Of a DNA stretch of 64,000 bases, positions 49,301-58,737 are shown piece by piece. The translations under genes and the position numbers were made by a program. Origin of the DNA: Zootoca vivipara (taxonomy: Eukaryota); contig NC_083288.1 of assembly GCF_963506605.1 (NCBI RefSeq), forward strand, positions 29,202,001-29,266,000, written 5' to 3'. The notes below the pieces were generated by a model that saw only the letters and a program-made list of their open reading frames with translations, made no database searches and was not told the origin of the DNA. Position 1 is the first letter of the stretch. Every line of letters starts with the position of its first letter.

Positions 49301-50164
49301 TCTAAAGTCCACCACAAGACGGCGCTGTTGCGTGTCTTTCTTGTCCACCCAGAAGACCGGGCTGCCCCCTGCTGCCTTGCTTTCCCTTATGAACCCCCGC
49401 TTGAGGTTCTTGTCGATGAAAGCGCGCAGATCCTCCAGCTCCTGGTCTGACATGGCGTACAGCTTGGCTGGGGGTATCGTCGCCCCTGGCACCAGGTTGA
49501 TCTGGCAGTCAAAAGGCCTGTGCGGGGGTAGGTGGTCGGACTCCGCTTCGCTGAAGACCTCCTGCAGGTCCCAGTACTGCTTGGGTATTGCCTCACCCCC
49601 TTTGATATGCATGGTGGCCACCGTGGCTATCGGAGGCCCCTCCCCTGGTTGGTGCTGCATGCAATGTTCCAGACAAAAGTCTGACCCAAACGTGATGCAC
49701 CTCTGGTGCCAACTGATGGAGGGGTCGTGGCGCGCCAGCCAGCTCATGCCCAAGACGATGGGGGGGTCTGAGATGGTGGTGACGTTGAACGCCAGTGTCT
49801 CTGAGTGCCTTCCCACCGTCATTCTCATGGGGGGGGTTTGATGTGTGATGGCCCCTCCCAGCAGCTCCCTGCCGTCAATGGTGGCTACGTGCAGAGGAAA
49901 ATCCAACTGCAAAAGCTGGATTTGGTGCTCTTCTGCAAAGCTTCTCGAGAAGAAGTTGGCGGACGCCCCACTGTCAATTAAGGCGAGGACCGTCAGGGGA
50001 TAGCCATTTGGGAGCGTTAGCGTCACTTCTAGAACCACTCCTGCTCTGGGAGGGGTGGGCTGGCTCTGCACCTCTCTGTGCGGGTGGGCGGGCTGGGGCT
50101 GTTGTCTGCTGACTGTGCCTGGCTGCTGCCCCTTGTCTCCTGCAGCCAGGCTTTCCCGTTTCCC
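46037..50164 (-). CDS. pol: Retrotransposon Pol (PR-RT-RNaseH-IN-chromodomain-acidic tail), expressed as a -1 frameshift fusion with Gag
   Basis: LIDSGA protease; MPFGL and FLDD RT; TDAS/ELLA/TDHKNL/ADALSR RNase H; HHCC, D-D-E and GPF integrase; chromo-like domain. Frame is open from the slippery site and the ORF-track start at 50071 is a GTG. Confidence 0.96.
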   Translation of the reverse strand, partial: GKRESLAAGDKGQQPGTVSRQQPQPAHPHREVQSQPTPPRAGVVLEVTLTLPNGYPLTVLALIDSGASANFFSRSFAEEHQIQLLQLDFPLHVATIDGRELLGGAITHQTPPMRMTVGRHSETLAFNVTTISDPPIVLGMSWLARHDPSISWHQRCITFGSDFCLEHCMQHQPGEGPPIATVATMHIKGGEAIPKQYWDLQEVFSEAESDHLPPHRPFDCQINLVPGATIPPAKLYAMSDQELEDLRAFIDKNLKRGFIRESKAAGGSPVFWVDKKDTQQRRLVVDFRRLNSVTEPVAFPMPRVDDLLTAARRGKIFTKLDLRGAYNLIRIREGDEWKTTMFTPLGSFEYLVMPFGLQGGSACFQAFMHHVLGSLLFRKCLVFLDDILIYSNDPVQHVKDVREVLQRLKENHLYVKLEKCKFHTKEVDFLGYKLSDKGLAMDKDKVQAILDWHSPRTRKDAQRLLGFANFYRKFIKNFSRVTAPITDCLRGKQKFKWTPEAQAAFESLKRVFASDQNLFHVVQDAPLRIETDASEKAVGAILLQLDANREWRPCAFFSRKLTQPERNYTVFDRELLAIYAAFQHWRHFLVGAKHPIQVCTDHKNLEFWRTARVLNQRQIRWAEFFSNFNFSIHYIPGEQNVRADALSRKPEYMEEEAPPAPRHIFPPSAWSCGAAVVSEAELTALTAADEFANRIFRELRGGREQAKDFAERRGLLFYKGALYLPTTQLRRTVLKQMHDNPTAGHFGRDKTAHLVMRHFWWPGVREDVRDYVRGCTTCQRAKVVRAAPPGLLEPLATPHRPWEVVSMDFITDLPSSRGKTAVLVVVDLMSKMCHFIPCARAVSAEETAKLFVDHIFRLHGLPLRVISDRGRHFVSRFWRRLMNLLQVEVSLSTARHPQTNGQAERVNAILQQYLRCYVSQRQTDWVDRLPLAEFAYNNAVHVSTGVSPFKANYGRDLRSFPEREREEEEEEGPQAEDWAEELETVHQQLRDHLERAKEAYKKGADRHRRQGEVIRVGDKVWLSSEGLPTRGRCKKLAPKRLGPFTVTQQVNPVAYRLALPEDMRVHPVFHRSLLSPYRESSRLRDSEQTPEGGGEREGREQLNEATAILDSRWGVGGLEYLMAWEDAPPSQNEWVPATQIQEEFLVEEFHALFPHRPKPWHMEREGEEEEARESSSPWRWEAEFEEPEDEVWVSPRSTQSEEGADWQNVFTPTSSDATDFLGFPSAQAEGGGSQDWGEVFTPTGSESTEFLGFQSSPTHGGGLGRGEGELGRGVDVRDRGYREVPPLLSSSPSPSKGESRESSDSSGEAGSRVRGSGKVEEPGSQVGQEGASKGGRPIPPTPELRRKRRGKRMGLPKLLCWRKTRQKPLGGSETD

Positions 50165-51255
50165 TGCTGTGGTGCTGCGTCAGTGGGGGAGGGCACCACC
50201 GTTCCCGCCTTTCCTTGCCACTCCCTGCGATGTGGGCAGTCTCTGACGAGATGCTGGGGTGAGTTGCAGAGAAAGCAATTCCCGCCCCTTCCCTCCTTGC
50301 GTCTTGGCGCCGCTGGGGTTTGAAAAGCCCGCGCGCGCGCGCTATCAATCTGCATGGGCTCCTGGTCCTGGCTGGCTCCAGGCGTGGCCTGAAAGGGTTG
50401 TTGAGGGAGTGGCTTCTCCTGCGACCGTGGGAACCAAGCCCGCTTTGCGCGCGTCGCTTGCTTGTCGTTCCACCGGGATTCCTGCCTCACCCCCACCGCC
50501 AGAGCTGCTTTGCTCAGCTGATCCATAGTACTGGGCTTTGGACCTCTCGAGAGTTCATCCTTCACCTCCTCGCTCAAACCCAAGTAAAACGCAGCTTGCA
50601 TGGGAGGCGAATCCAAAACCCACCCCAGTTTGTGCACCAGCATGGTGAATTTCGCCCAATATGCGCGAACTGTCATATTTCCTTGGCGTAAATTATGCAG
50701 TTCCTCCTTAGTCTGGTCCAAATGACTATCGGACGAATACATCGTCCTCAAACCTTCTAGAAATTGTTGGACATTTTTCATGCAAGGATTCTTGGTTGCG
50801 ATTAATGGTCTTAGCCACTCCCTGGCTGCTCCGGTGAGATGTTCCACAATAAACGCTACTCTGTGCTCATCATCGGGGAACTCATTCTGGTGCAGCTCAA
50901 GAGCATACACGATCTCAGTCTCAAAGCCCTGAAACTCCTTCGGGTCTCCATTGAACTTGCTTACAAGGGTCCCTGCTCTCCTTCCTGGCAGCACTTGGAC
51001 TTGGGGAGCCCCTCCCGCCTTGTTTTTCTCTGCATCCAGCTTGTTTTGGAGGTCTACCGCCACCGCCCTTAAATGCTGCTCTTTTTCCTGGAGCTCTCTC
51101 ACCTGTTCCGCAAGTTGTAGCCGGTCGTCCTGGACCTTCTTAGTCTCCTCTTTAGCTGCCTTCAATTCTCCCTGCGCCTGCAGCGACAGCTGTTGCAGTT
51201 CTAGCTGGGCTTGCTCAGCGATCTGCCGCCACTTCTCCGCCTCGGACACGCTCAT
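50029..51255 (-). CDS. gag: Retrotransposon Gag (N-terminal coiled coil, capsid, CCHC zinc knuckle)
   Basis: First ATG at 51255; KFNGDP, LRQG..V..Y...F, EPMQID and CFLCNSPQHLVRDC (CX2CX4HX4C). Confidence 0.95.
   Translation of the reverse strand: MSVSEAEKWRQIAEQAQLELQQLSLQAQGELKAAKEETKKVQDDRLQLAEQVRELQEKEQHLRAVAVDLQNKLDAEKNKAGGAPQVQVLPGRRAGTLVSKFNGDPKEFQGFETEIVYALELHQNEFPDDEHRVAFIVEHLTGAAREWLRPLIATKNPCMKNVQQFLEGLRTMYSSDSHLDQTKEELHNLRQGNMTVRAYWAKFTMLVHKLGWVLDSPPMQAAFYLGLSEEVKDELSRGPKPSTMDQLSKAALAVGVRQESRWNDKQATRAKRAWFPRSQEKPLPQQPFQATPGASQDQEPMQIDSARARAFQTPAAPRRKEGRGGNCFLCNSPQHLVRDCPHRREWQGKAGTVVPSPTDAAPQQGNGKAWLQETRGSSQAQSADNSPSPPTRTERCRASPPLPEQEWF
50095..50164 (-). promoter_or_regulatory. 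-1 programmed ribosomal frameshift signal (G GGA AAC + 6-nt spacer + stem-loop/pseudoknot)
   Basis: Heptamer 50158-50164 is in the gag frame; perfect 10-bp stem GCCTGGCTGC/GCAGCCAGGC; loop GGGGC is complementary to downstream GCCCC. Confidence 0.88.
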
Positions 51256-51284
51256 CCCGGCAACTCCGAAGTAGCCCAAAAATG

Positions 51285-51295
51285 ATTAGGAGGTT
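51285..51295 (-). promoter_or_regulatory. Self-priming primer-binding site
   Basis: AACCTCCTAAT lies 2 nt after the 5' LTR and is the exact reverse complement of ATTAGGAGGTT within the LTR (51436-51446); no TGG tRNA-type PBS. Confidence 0.8.
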
Positions 51296-51297
51296 GC

Positions 51298-51725
51298 TGT
51301 CACAGTGGCCGGAGTGGACTGCTTCAGAGTAACGACGCTACGCAGCTCTGCATTTTATTCTTTTATTGGTGCTGCGTATTTACAGTGCTCAAGTCATTGC
51401 TATTTACACGGAGCGATGTTGTCAGTCGGTTTCAGAACCTCCTAATGGCTTTTGGCGCGTCTTTCTCCAACACAAAAGCTTTGGCAGACCCATCCTCTTG
51501 CCCCTCCTCTTCCTGCGTAATTCTGGAGTTGGAGGGATGGGTCTTCCCCCCTTGCTTGCCCCTTCCTGTCCCACCTGGGACCCTGGCTCCTCTACCTTGC
51601 CTGAGCCTCGGACACGACTTCCTGCTTCCCCACTGGAATCGGAACTCTCCCTGCTTTCCCCTTTGCTCGGGGACGGGCTTGAACTCAGGAGGGGAGGGAC
51701 TTCGCGATATCCCCTGTCCCTCACA
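51298..51725 (-). repeat. 5' LTR (428 bp)
   Basis: No difference from 45913-46340 found by eye; contains two AATAAA signals. Confidence 0.97.
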
Positions 51726-52608
51726 GAATCTATCCGGGCTAGAAGAACTTACTGCAAAATCATAAAGTTTCCATTCCTGCAACAATGAGCAAAATACACT
51801 AGCAAGTTGTTACTTTTGTGGGATAATGTTGGTATAATGAATAAAAAGCAAGGAGCAGAGTTTGGAATAACAATACAATCCTTTGCATATCCTCTCAAAA
51901 AGTAAACCCATCAGAGTTCAGTGGACATACTCCAAGGTAGTACTTTTCTGTTAGTTAGTTAGCTTGCTTGCTTGCTTGCTTTTAAAGTAAGGTGCTGGAA
52001 TTAATATCTTGAAAAAATCTAAAATGCATCTCCCACTCTTCCTATGTCATTCCATCTTCTCTATTGAATTTGTGATGAACTTTTAATTAAAATACCATGG
52101 TTTCTAAAAGTGCTGGAACTACATACTGCTGTGTGCTGTCAGAAAAAGCATCCTGTCTCTGAGGTAAGTGGGTATAAAATTACACACTAGGACACAGGTT
52201 TTAACACTGCAGAGGTTCCCAAAACTTGATAAAAGCATTAACTTCCTTTAGAAACCTCTTTACTTTTGCAGTGTGTTCTTCCAATCCAGATACCTCCCTA
52301 ACCTCAAATAAACAGGCAGTAGTAACATGCAAGTTACATGAAGAAGGATGGGCAGCTACCATTTCGATCGACCAAACCTTTCCTTCTGATATCTACATTA
52401 AGACACCAACCACACACCTCAGGATGCTAGTGCCTCTTGCATTTACCTAGTTGGGAGACAGGGAAGCCCAGTAATTTTTGATGGACTTTACCTCCAACTA
52501 CTTGTCTACATGATGGCAGTCTGCCAGAGATTGAATCTTAGAATATTTACATGGAAATCATGTGGTCTGCCATTGAGCTATATCACCTCATGTGCTGGTA
52601 TGAACATC

Positions 52609-52632
52609 AGATAGATGATAGATAGATGATAG

Positions 52633-52696
<64 letters not shown>
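52609..52696. repeat. (GATA)n microsatellite
   Basis: Direct reading. Confidence 0.95.
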
Positions 52697-53510
52697 TTTG
52701 TAATTACTCACTTTCTTTGTCGACTGAGTCATCCATGCTTACATGTCCATCGAAGAAGAAAAATAAAATTATTTACAGTATGATGGCTACTGCCAGACCA
52801 TCATGGACCAGTTCTTGTAAGGAAAATCATACGTGTTATGTGTTTCCTATAGGTTCTGTAATAACAGGTACATGAACAAGTTACCAGTAAGCACACAATA
52901 AAAAGGACAATAAAATAAGTCTGGAATTTAGCATGTCTGCCTTTCTTGTTGAAACATGGAGAGTTAAGTGGCATAAATCCATGTGTGAATTCTGTGTGGA
53001 AAGGAGCACTTAAGTTCTAGATTTAACATATTTTTTATCCACTAGCAATCTAAAACCCCATGTGTCTAGCGATGAATCCTGCTAAGAGTAAAGTCTGCTC
53101 TGACCTCCATAAAGCACTAGAGCAGCTTGCTAAAAAGACTGTTTCCAACATCAAGTGTTTTGAAAAACTAACCTATTTGATTTTAAAATTAGTCCCTGCA
53201 ATGGCAAAGAAAATGGCAACCTCAGCCCTTCTTCCTGTCGCTCTATATGCATCAAAAGATGTCTATTCAACCCCCACACAACCTGAATAAATAAACAAAC
53301 TAATTAATTAAAAAAAGTCATTGGAGGCCCAGTTAGTATGGATATTACTCTTGGGGCGATGCTGAGGGGTATGATGCATACTTCAAAATATTCTAGAGTT
53401 ATGAAGTGGGAAGCATAGCAAGGAAGGGTGACCAAGATAGGGAGTTAGTGGCAAGAATGTGGTCTCCTGAGTCTAAGGCATCATAACCATCAGCATTCAG
53501 AAGATATCAC

Positions 53511-54319
53511 TGTGTGTCCAGGTGGCGACAGCCCCTGCCTCCAGGGATCATAAGGAAGGAATAAAGACTCTGACAACGTTATATGGAATTAAAAATTAGG
53601 CCACAACTTTATTAAACTTCTGAATGTAGGAAGACCTTGGCTTGGGCCTTGGGCGTGTATGCCTCCCAGCCCCCCCCCCAGCCAGGGGGAACTGGGGCTC
53701 ATCAGGGTAAATGGGATATGGGGGTGCTCTGTGAGACATAAGTGTAGCAAGCAGCCAAGCCCATATCCCCGCACGCAAAGTAGTTCACTGACGATCTTTC
53801 AGTGTATGGCCCGTGACACCCATATATATAACCTCTTTAAGAGGGGGGCCCTGGAACACCGCCTCGGGGGGGAGTCACCACTTCATGCCCCTCCCATATA
53901 GGGAAGAAAAGACTAAAGGATTCCGCCCAAGGCCATAACCGCCAAAGTTGTGACGAATTGCTACAGGGAAGACAATACCTGCCAATGCAGGAAAATTTCT
54001 TCCCGGTCCTTCAACAGCAACCAGTCAAAGACTGTAGCAGCACCCGCTAAACAGGAAGAAAAAGTTAACTTGCAAACAATTAAACCTTTAAAAAGTGAGG
54101 GGAGGGAGGGTGAATCTCCAGAGCTGACTGCCTGGCTATCGTTGGCTCCACCCCCTATATATAAATGGGGCTGACCCTGCCTCCCAGCAAGAAACTTGAT
54201 AACTGAGGATGGGCATGAACCTCCAAATAATAACCCTAAGAGGCAAGCCAGCCCCCTCTCTCCTAGAAAGTTCCCTGGGAACTGTAGCACCGCTCGCGAT
54301 CCCGCAAAGGGCTCCCACA
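53511..54319. mobile_element. GC-richer interspersed element, possible solo LTR
   Basis: TG...CA-bounded composition shift, TATA-like and AATAAA-like motifs, CpGs retained; no TSD found. Confidence 0.35.
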
Positions 54320-54724
54320 TTAAAAAATGTGAATGCTCATTTCATCTGAGTTACACAGACCTCATGTAGGAGTTTTAGCTCTTTGCAAGCAGATTCTTTT
54401 GCATGCAGGAAGCTACTCATGGAGGGGCAGCACCATTTAGAATTGGACAGCTGCTAAGTGATAGAATCAGATCCTGCACAGTGTTGGTGGATTTCCTCCT
54501 GGCTTTTTATATGGTTAAAAAAAAAACCCTTTAACCTAACCCAAATGGCTTTGGGGATGGATTTGGGGTGAGGTGGGTGGACTCCAGACTAGACCAAGGC
54601 AAATCAGCCCAATCTTGGAGAAGGAAGAGCATAGATAAGGGCTTCAGGGCAGATTGAAACTATTCTGTCCCAACACACAATCAGAAATCCGTTTCTGCTT
54701 GCATGTAGTCCCTAGTTACAGAGG

Positions 54725-54916
54725 GCCTCCTCGATAGTGGCACCTGCCCTGTGGAACGCCCTCCCATCAGATGTCAAGGAAATAATCAATTATCTGAGTT
54801 ATAGAAGACATCTGAAGACAACCCTGTTTAGAGACGTTTTTAATGCTTGATATTCTGTTGGGAGCCAACCAGAGGGGCTGGGAAAACCCAGCCATATGGT
54901 GGGGTATAAAATAATG

Positions 54917-54956
<40 letters not shown>

Positions 54957-54977
54957 TAATAATAATAAATAAATAAA
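54725..54977 (+). mobile_element. L2-like LINE 3' end with (AAT)n tail
   Basis: Same sequence family as fragments near 2460-2650, 7840-7950, 12815-12880 and 33435-33540. Confidence 0.65.
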
Positions 54978-55493
54978 TTGAATTAAGTCCCCTTAATGCT
55001 TTGCTATGCTATATTTTAATAGAATAAAATCAGCATTGGTCATTTATAGACAAGATTAAACTGCACAAAATTATATTTAGAAATGTACTTTTCTCTATGT
55101 TGAAATTATTTTAGAATTATCCCACCCACTATTCCATTCCACTATAGGTTCATGCAGGAAGCATTGTGTCAAAGTACCTTCCAAGTGGATTTATGGAGAT
55201 TGATACATGAACAAGATACTAAATGGTTGCTTTGGCTTATCAGAAATGTCAACCAGAAAAAATATATGTTGTTGATTAGTACAAGTTTACATGTGTAAGT
55301 ATTAATGCCAAATGCCCTCTGTTGTAGAATAATACTGTTTAATTTCATAGATAAACATTTCTAACAACTTCTAAGAACTAATTAGCTGCAAAACTGTATT
55401 TCTTTCTTTGGCATATTACCCAGGAGTGCCAATGCTTTCATTAGTCCCAAGATATATTTTCTACCTAATTTCAAAATAATGAAAGGGAAAGGA

Positions 55494-55536
<43 letters not shown>

Positions 55537-55761
55537 CTCTCCCTCTCAACTTTACAAAAATTCCAAGAAGTGCTTAACCCGCATTCCCTGACTCATTAGT
55601 TCCTTGTGGAAACACACAACTGAATTCTTATTTTAAAATGTGGGTTGTATTAATTAGTCTCCTGGTAATTAAGTTCTGCTGAAATTCTTATGTTCATGCC
55701 TACTGTAATATTTTCTATTATCACAAGAGGTGATTCATTTTTGTCAAGGTGGTGGTGGGAG

Positions 55762-56137
55762 CAGGGGCGGAGGAAGGGGTGTGGTGGGGGTGGGTCACCC
55801 TGAGTGTCACCACTGGGGGTGAAAAAATGCTGGGCGGCACTCACTGCAGGGCCTGCAGCGTGCCCAAGCCACGCATCTCTCCTGGGAGTGATGCTGTGGC
55901 TAGGGCGCCCGCAGGCTCCACGCTGCCTCAAATAGTCCACCAGCTGCCTCCTCCTCAGCTGTAGGGCGGCTGAGTGGAAGGAGGTAGCCAGACTCCTTGG
56001 AGGCACCACGGAGCATCCTGCCCCAGCTTGCCCCATCCAGTGGGCAGCTGGCCCTGCTTCCAAGGGCGGCTGGCCCCACCCCTGGGTGCAGGGCACACGG
56101 GCCGCCCCAGGCACCCAATCGGCTTGCTCCGCTGCTG
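55762..56137. mobile_element. hAT-type MITE abutting the MHC class I remnant
   Basis: cagg..cgga TIRs; perfect 8-bp TSD ggtgggag. Confidence 0.8.
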
Positions 56138-56280
56138 GGTGGGAGATCCTGAGCCATGTCCTGAGGCTCCTTTAGGCCATCATGCCCCACATGGCACAAG
56201 TAGTGGTCCCTCTCCTTGGGGTCAGTTTTGATGCCAAGCAAAGCACAGTAGGTCCTATCTGAGTTGGGTGCGACCACTCC

Positions 56281-56652
56281 ACAGAATGTACCCTCCTGAC
56301 AGATCTCCCCATCCTTCACCCAGGTGGCATCAATCTCCTTGGTGTAGAAGCTGTGGGCTTGGCAGAGGAGGGTCTTCACACCATCGTAGGTAGCCTTCCT
56401 GGTCACCATCACCTCTGGCTGCCTTGCCAAAGTCCATGAGTTTCTTAAATGACTCCAAGAAGAAATGACTCTGACAGAATGTACCCTCCTGACAGATCTC
56501 CCCATCCTTCACCCAGGTGGCATCAATCTCCTTGGTGTAGAAGCTGTGGGCTTGGCAGAGGAGGGTCTTCACACCATCGTAGGTAGCCTTCCTGGTCACC
56601 ATCACCTCTGGCTGCCTTGCCAAAGTCCATGAGTTTCTTAAATGACTCCAAG
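56281..56652. repeat. Tandem duplication, 2 x 179 bp with a 14-nt spacer
   Basis: 56281-56459 equals 56474-56652. Confidence 0.92.
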
Positions 56653-56768
56653 CATTCCTCCTCTAAGTTGCCTTTCCAGGTCAGCGTGGTATTGCGTTCA
56701 CACTCCAACTCCCCCTTGGTCACCTGAGCTGAAACCTCAGCTGCTGTCCAGGTCAGGGTCTTCTTGTC

Positions 56769-56891
56769 TTCTTCTTTTTTCATACTTTATTGAATCATTG
56801 TGAAATTCTACAATTATACAGTTATTCCATCACAGTTATAAAATAAAATCATTATAAGTTGCAGGTTTAACAAGTTCTCGTCTCTTATTTC
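56769..56891 (-). mobile_element. 123-bp retroposed stub inserted in MHC alpha2
   Basis: AATAAA plus A-rich tail on the minus strand; 9-bp TSD cttcttgtc. Confidence 0.7.
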
Positions 56892-57126
56892 CTTCTTGTC
56901 CAGGCTCATGAAGTTCTTCACATCATAGCCATACTTCATGAACCTTTCTCCAGGCCTATTTCCTCCCAAGCTCACAGCCAAATAAGCATTGTCAGCTGTG
57001 AAGTCCCCCACTCTGGTTAAAGTGTTTCTGCAATGTTTGTTTAAAGAAAACCAAAAGGTCTATCTTTAGTCATGTGATGAAATGTTGTGGGCATCTTCTC
57101 CTCAAATTTATCTGTGTCCTGAGGTG

Positions 57127-57165
<39 letters not shown>

Positions 57166-57856
57166 TCTTCCATTCCCTTTTCCTCTGGGGATGTTGTCAG
57201 GGGTAGCAAGCAACATTCCCTAAGGAAAAGGTGAAACAGCATAAAGTTTGAAATAACAAAATCCAACAGTACTTATAACAGACTGGGGCAGGAAAACTAT
57301 TTCATCTTCAGAAGGGTTGTGTTATTCTCTATAATTTGTGTAGGGATCAATTGTTTTGGGTTTTTTTTATTAACAATTAGCATTTGCTTTCATTCTTTAA
57401 AATCTGCAGTGGGAAAACTTTGTTATTACTTTGGTGTCGAGCTTATATATGATAAATGTGGAAGTGCAGTTACATTCAGGAACCACATGCAGTTTGCAAT
57501 AATAAAAACCAACACCTTTGTAGATGAGAGGCATTATTCTAGACACATTATTTGACGTCGACATACACCTAGAAATCTTACCGGTGATTTTTCCTATGCA
57601 TACAGAAGAACACTTAAGCATTTGCAAGGTAAGATAATTGTGATACATCCCTTTGCTCACTCTCACAACATAGACCTGTACCAACCATTTGTCAATTGAA
57701 TGCTTACAGACATTTTAAACTGGGCTATTGTTTTCTAGAAAATGTGTATGATAATATAGATTTTATTTCTTATTCATTTCACATATGTCTAAGTAACATT
57801 TGCAGAATATAGGCTCCAATATAGCTCCACTATGCTTTAAACTATTGCATTGATAT

Positions 57857-57887
<31 letters not shown>

Positions 57888-58737
57888 TGAAGTGTTCATT
57901 TGATGGTTTCATAGAATCGACTACTTTTTCATAGCTAATTTCACAATACAGTTAAGATTGCCTTTGTAGACGGGAATAAAATGAAACTTGAGGAGCTCAA
58001 CATTTTGAAACAAGAATTTTTGCACGATAGCAATAAAATTTATAAATTACTTTGAGGTTTGTTTGTTTTTACAATCCAGTGGTGTATTAATTTTATGAAA
58101 TAAAAAAATTGGATATAGACTAAACTGATTCTCAAGGAAACCTACCTGTTGCAAAACTGATACTTTTCTCTCTCTTTTTACTCTGATAATTTACTTAATA
58201 CTAAAATCTTGTGCAATAAAAGCTATTGAATTATAGTCTGGGATAGAAAACTTAATGTCATATGCAGCACAACTTTATCTATGATTACTTGTAGTACAAC
58301 CTATTGTGACACTTACTCATAGCTAAATTTGCATTCACTTGCAACCCAATATTTTAGACATATTTCAATCCTTTAATAGTATTTATATTGTAGCTTGTTA
58401 AAATCTTCTACATATACTGTATTATACTTTGCACACACACACACACATACTTTTGTTACCTGATCATCAGGTAATAAGGATGGCAAAATATGTTTCATCA
58501 TTTTAGTTTTTACACTTACATGCTTCACAGAAACAAAAAACACGATCCCATCCTTACAAAGCAAGATCAAGTAATACATACAATACAACTATCATTTGCT
58601 TTTCATTAAGGCACTTGTTTATGTACTATAACTCTGTGTGGAATATGGGTCTTTTGTTTATTATTTGCAATCGAGTTTACAATGCTAGTACTGATTATCA
58701 TCCCTTCCCCTCCTTCATTCCTTCAGGATGTCATAAC

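Larger units (their letters stand above)
45913..51725 (-). mobile_element. Full-length intact Ty3/Gypsy chromovirus (Tf1/sushi group) LTR retrotransposon
   Basis: Two TG...CA LTRs; 5-bp TSD GAATC (45908-45912 and 51726-51730); polypurine tract next to the 3' LTR; uninterrupted gag and pol. Confidence 0.98.
56146..57000 (-). pseudogene. MHC class I heavy-chain pseudogene fragment (alpha2 + alpha3)
   Basis: alpha2 remnants YGYDVKNFMSLDK and TLTWTAAEVSAQVTK...LEEECLESFKKLMDFGK; alpha3 Ig-C1 remnant PEVMVTRK...TLLCQAHSFYTKEIDATWVKDGE...PNSDRTY...YLCHVGHDGL; carries a frameshift, an insertion and a duplication. Confidence 0.88.

Noticed and set aside
50915-50945. EFQGF (FxGF-like) in Gag
   Set aside because: It lies in the conserved capsid region (KFNGDP...F) and lacks the upstream helix and acidic linker, so it is probably coincidental.
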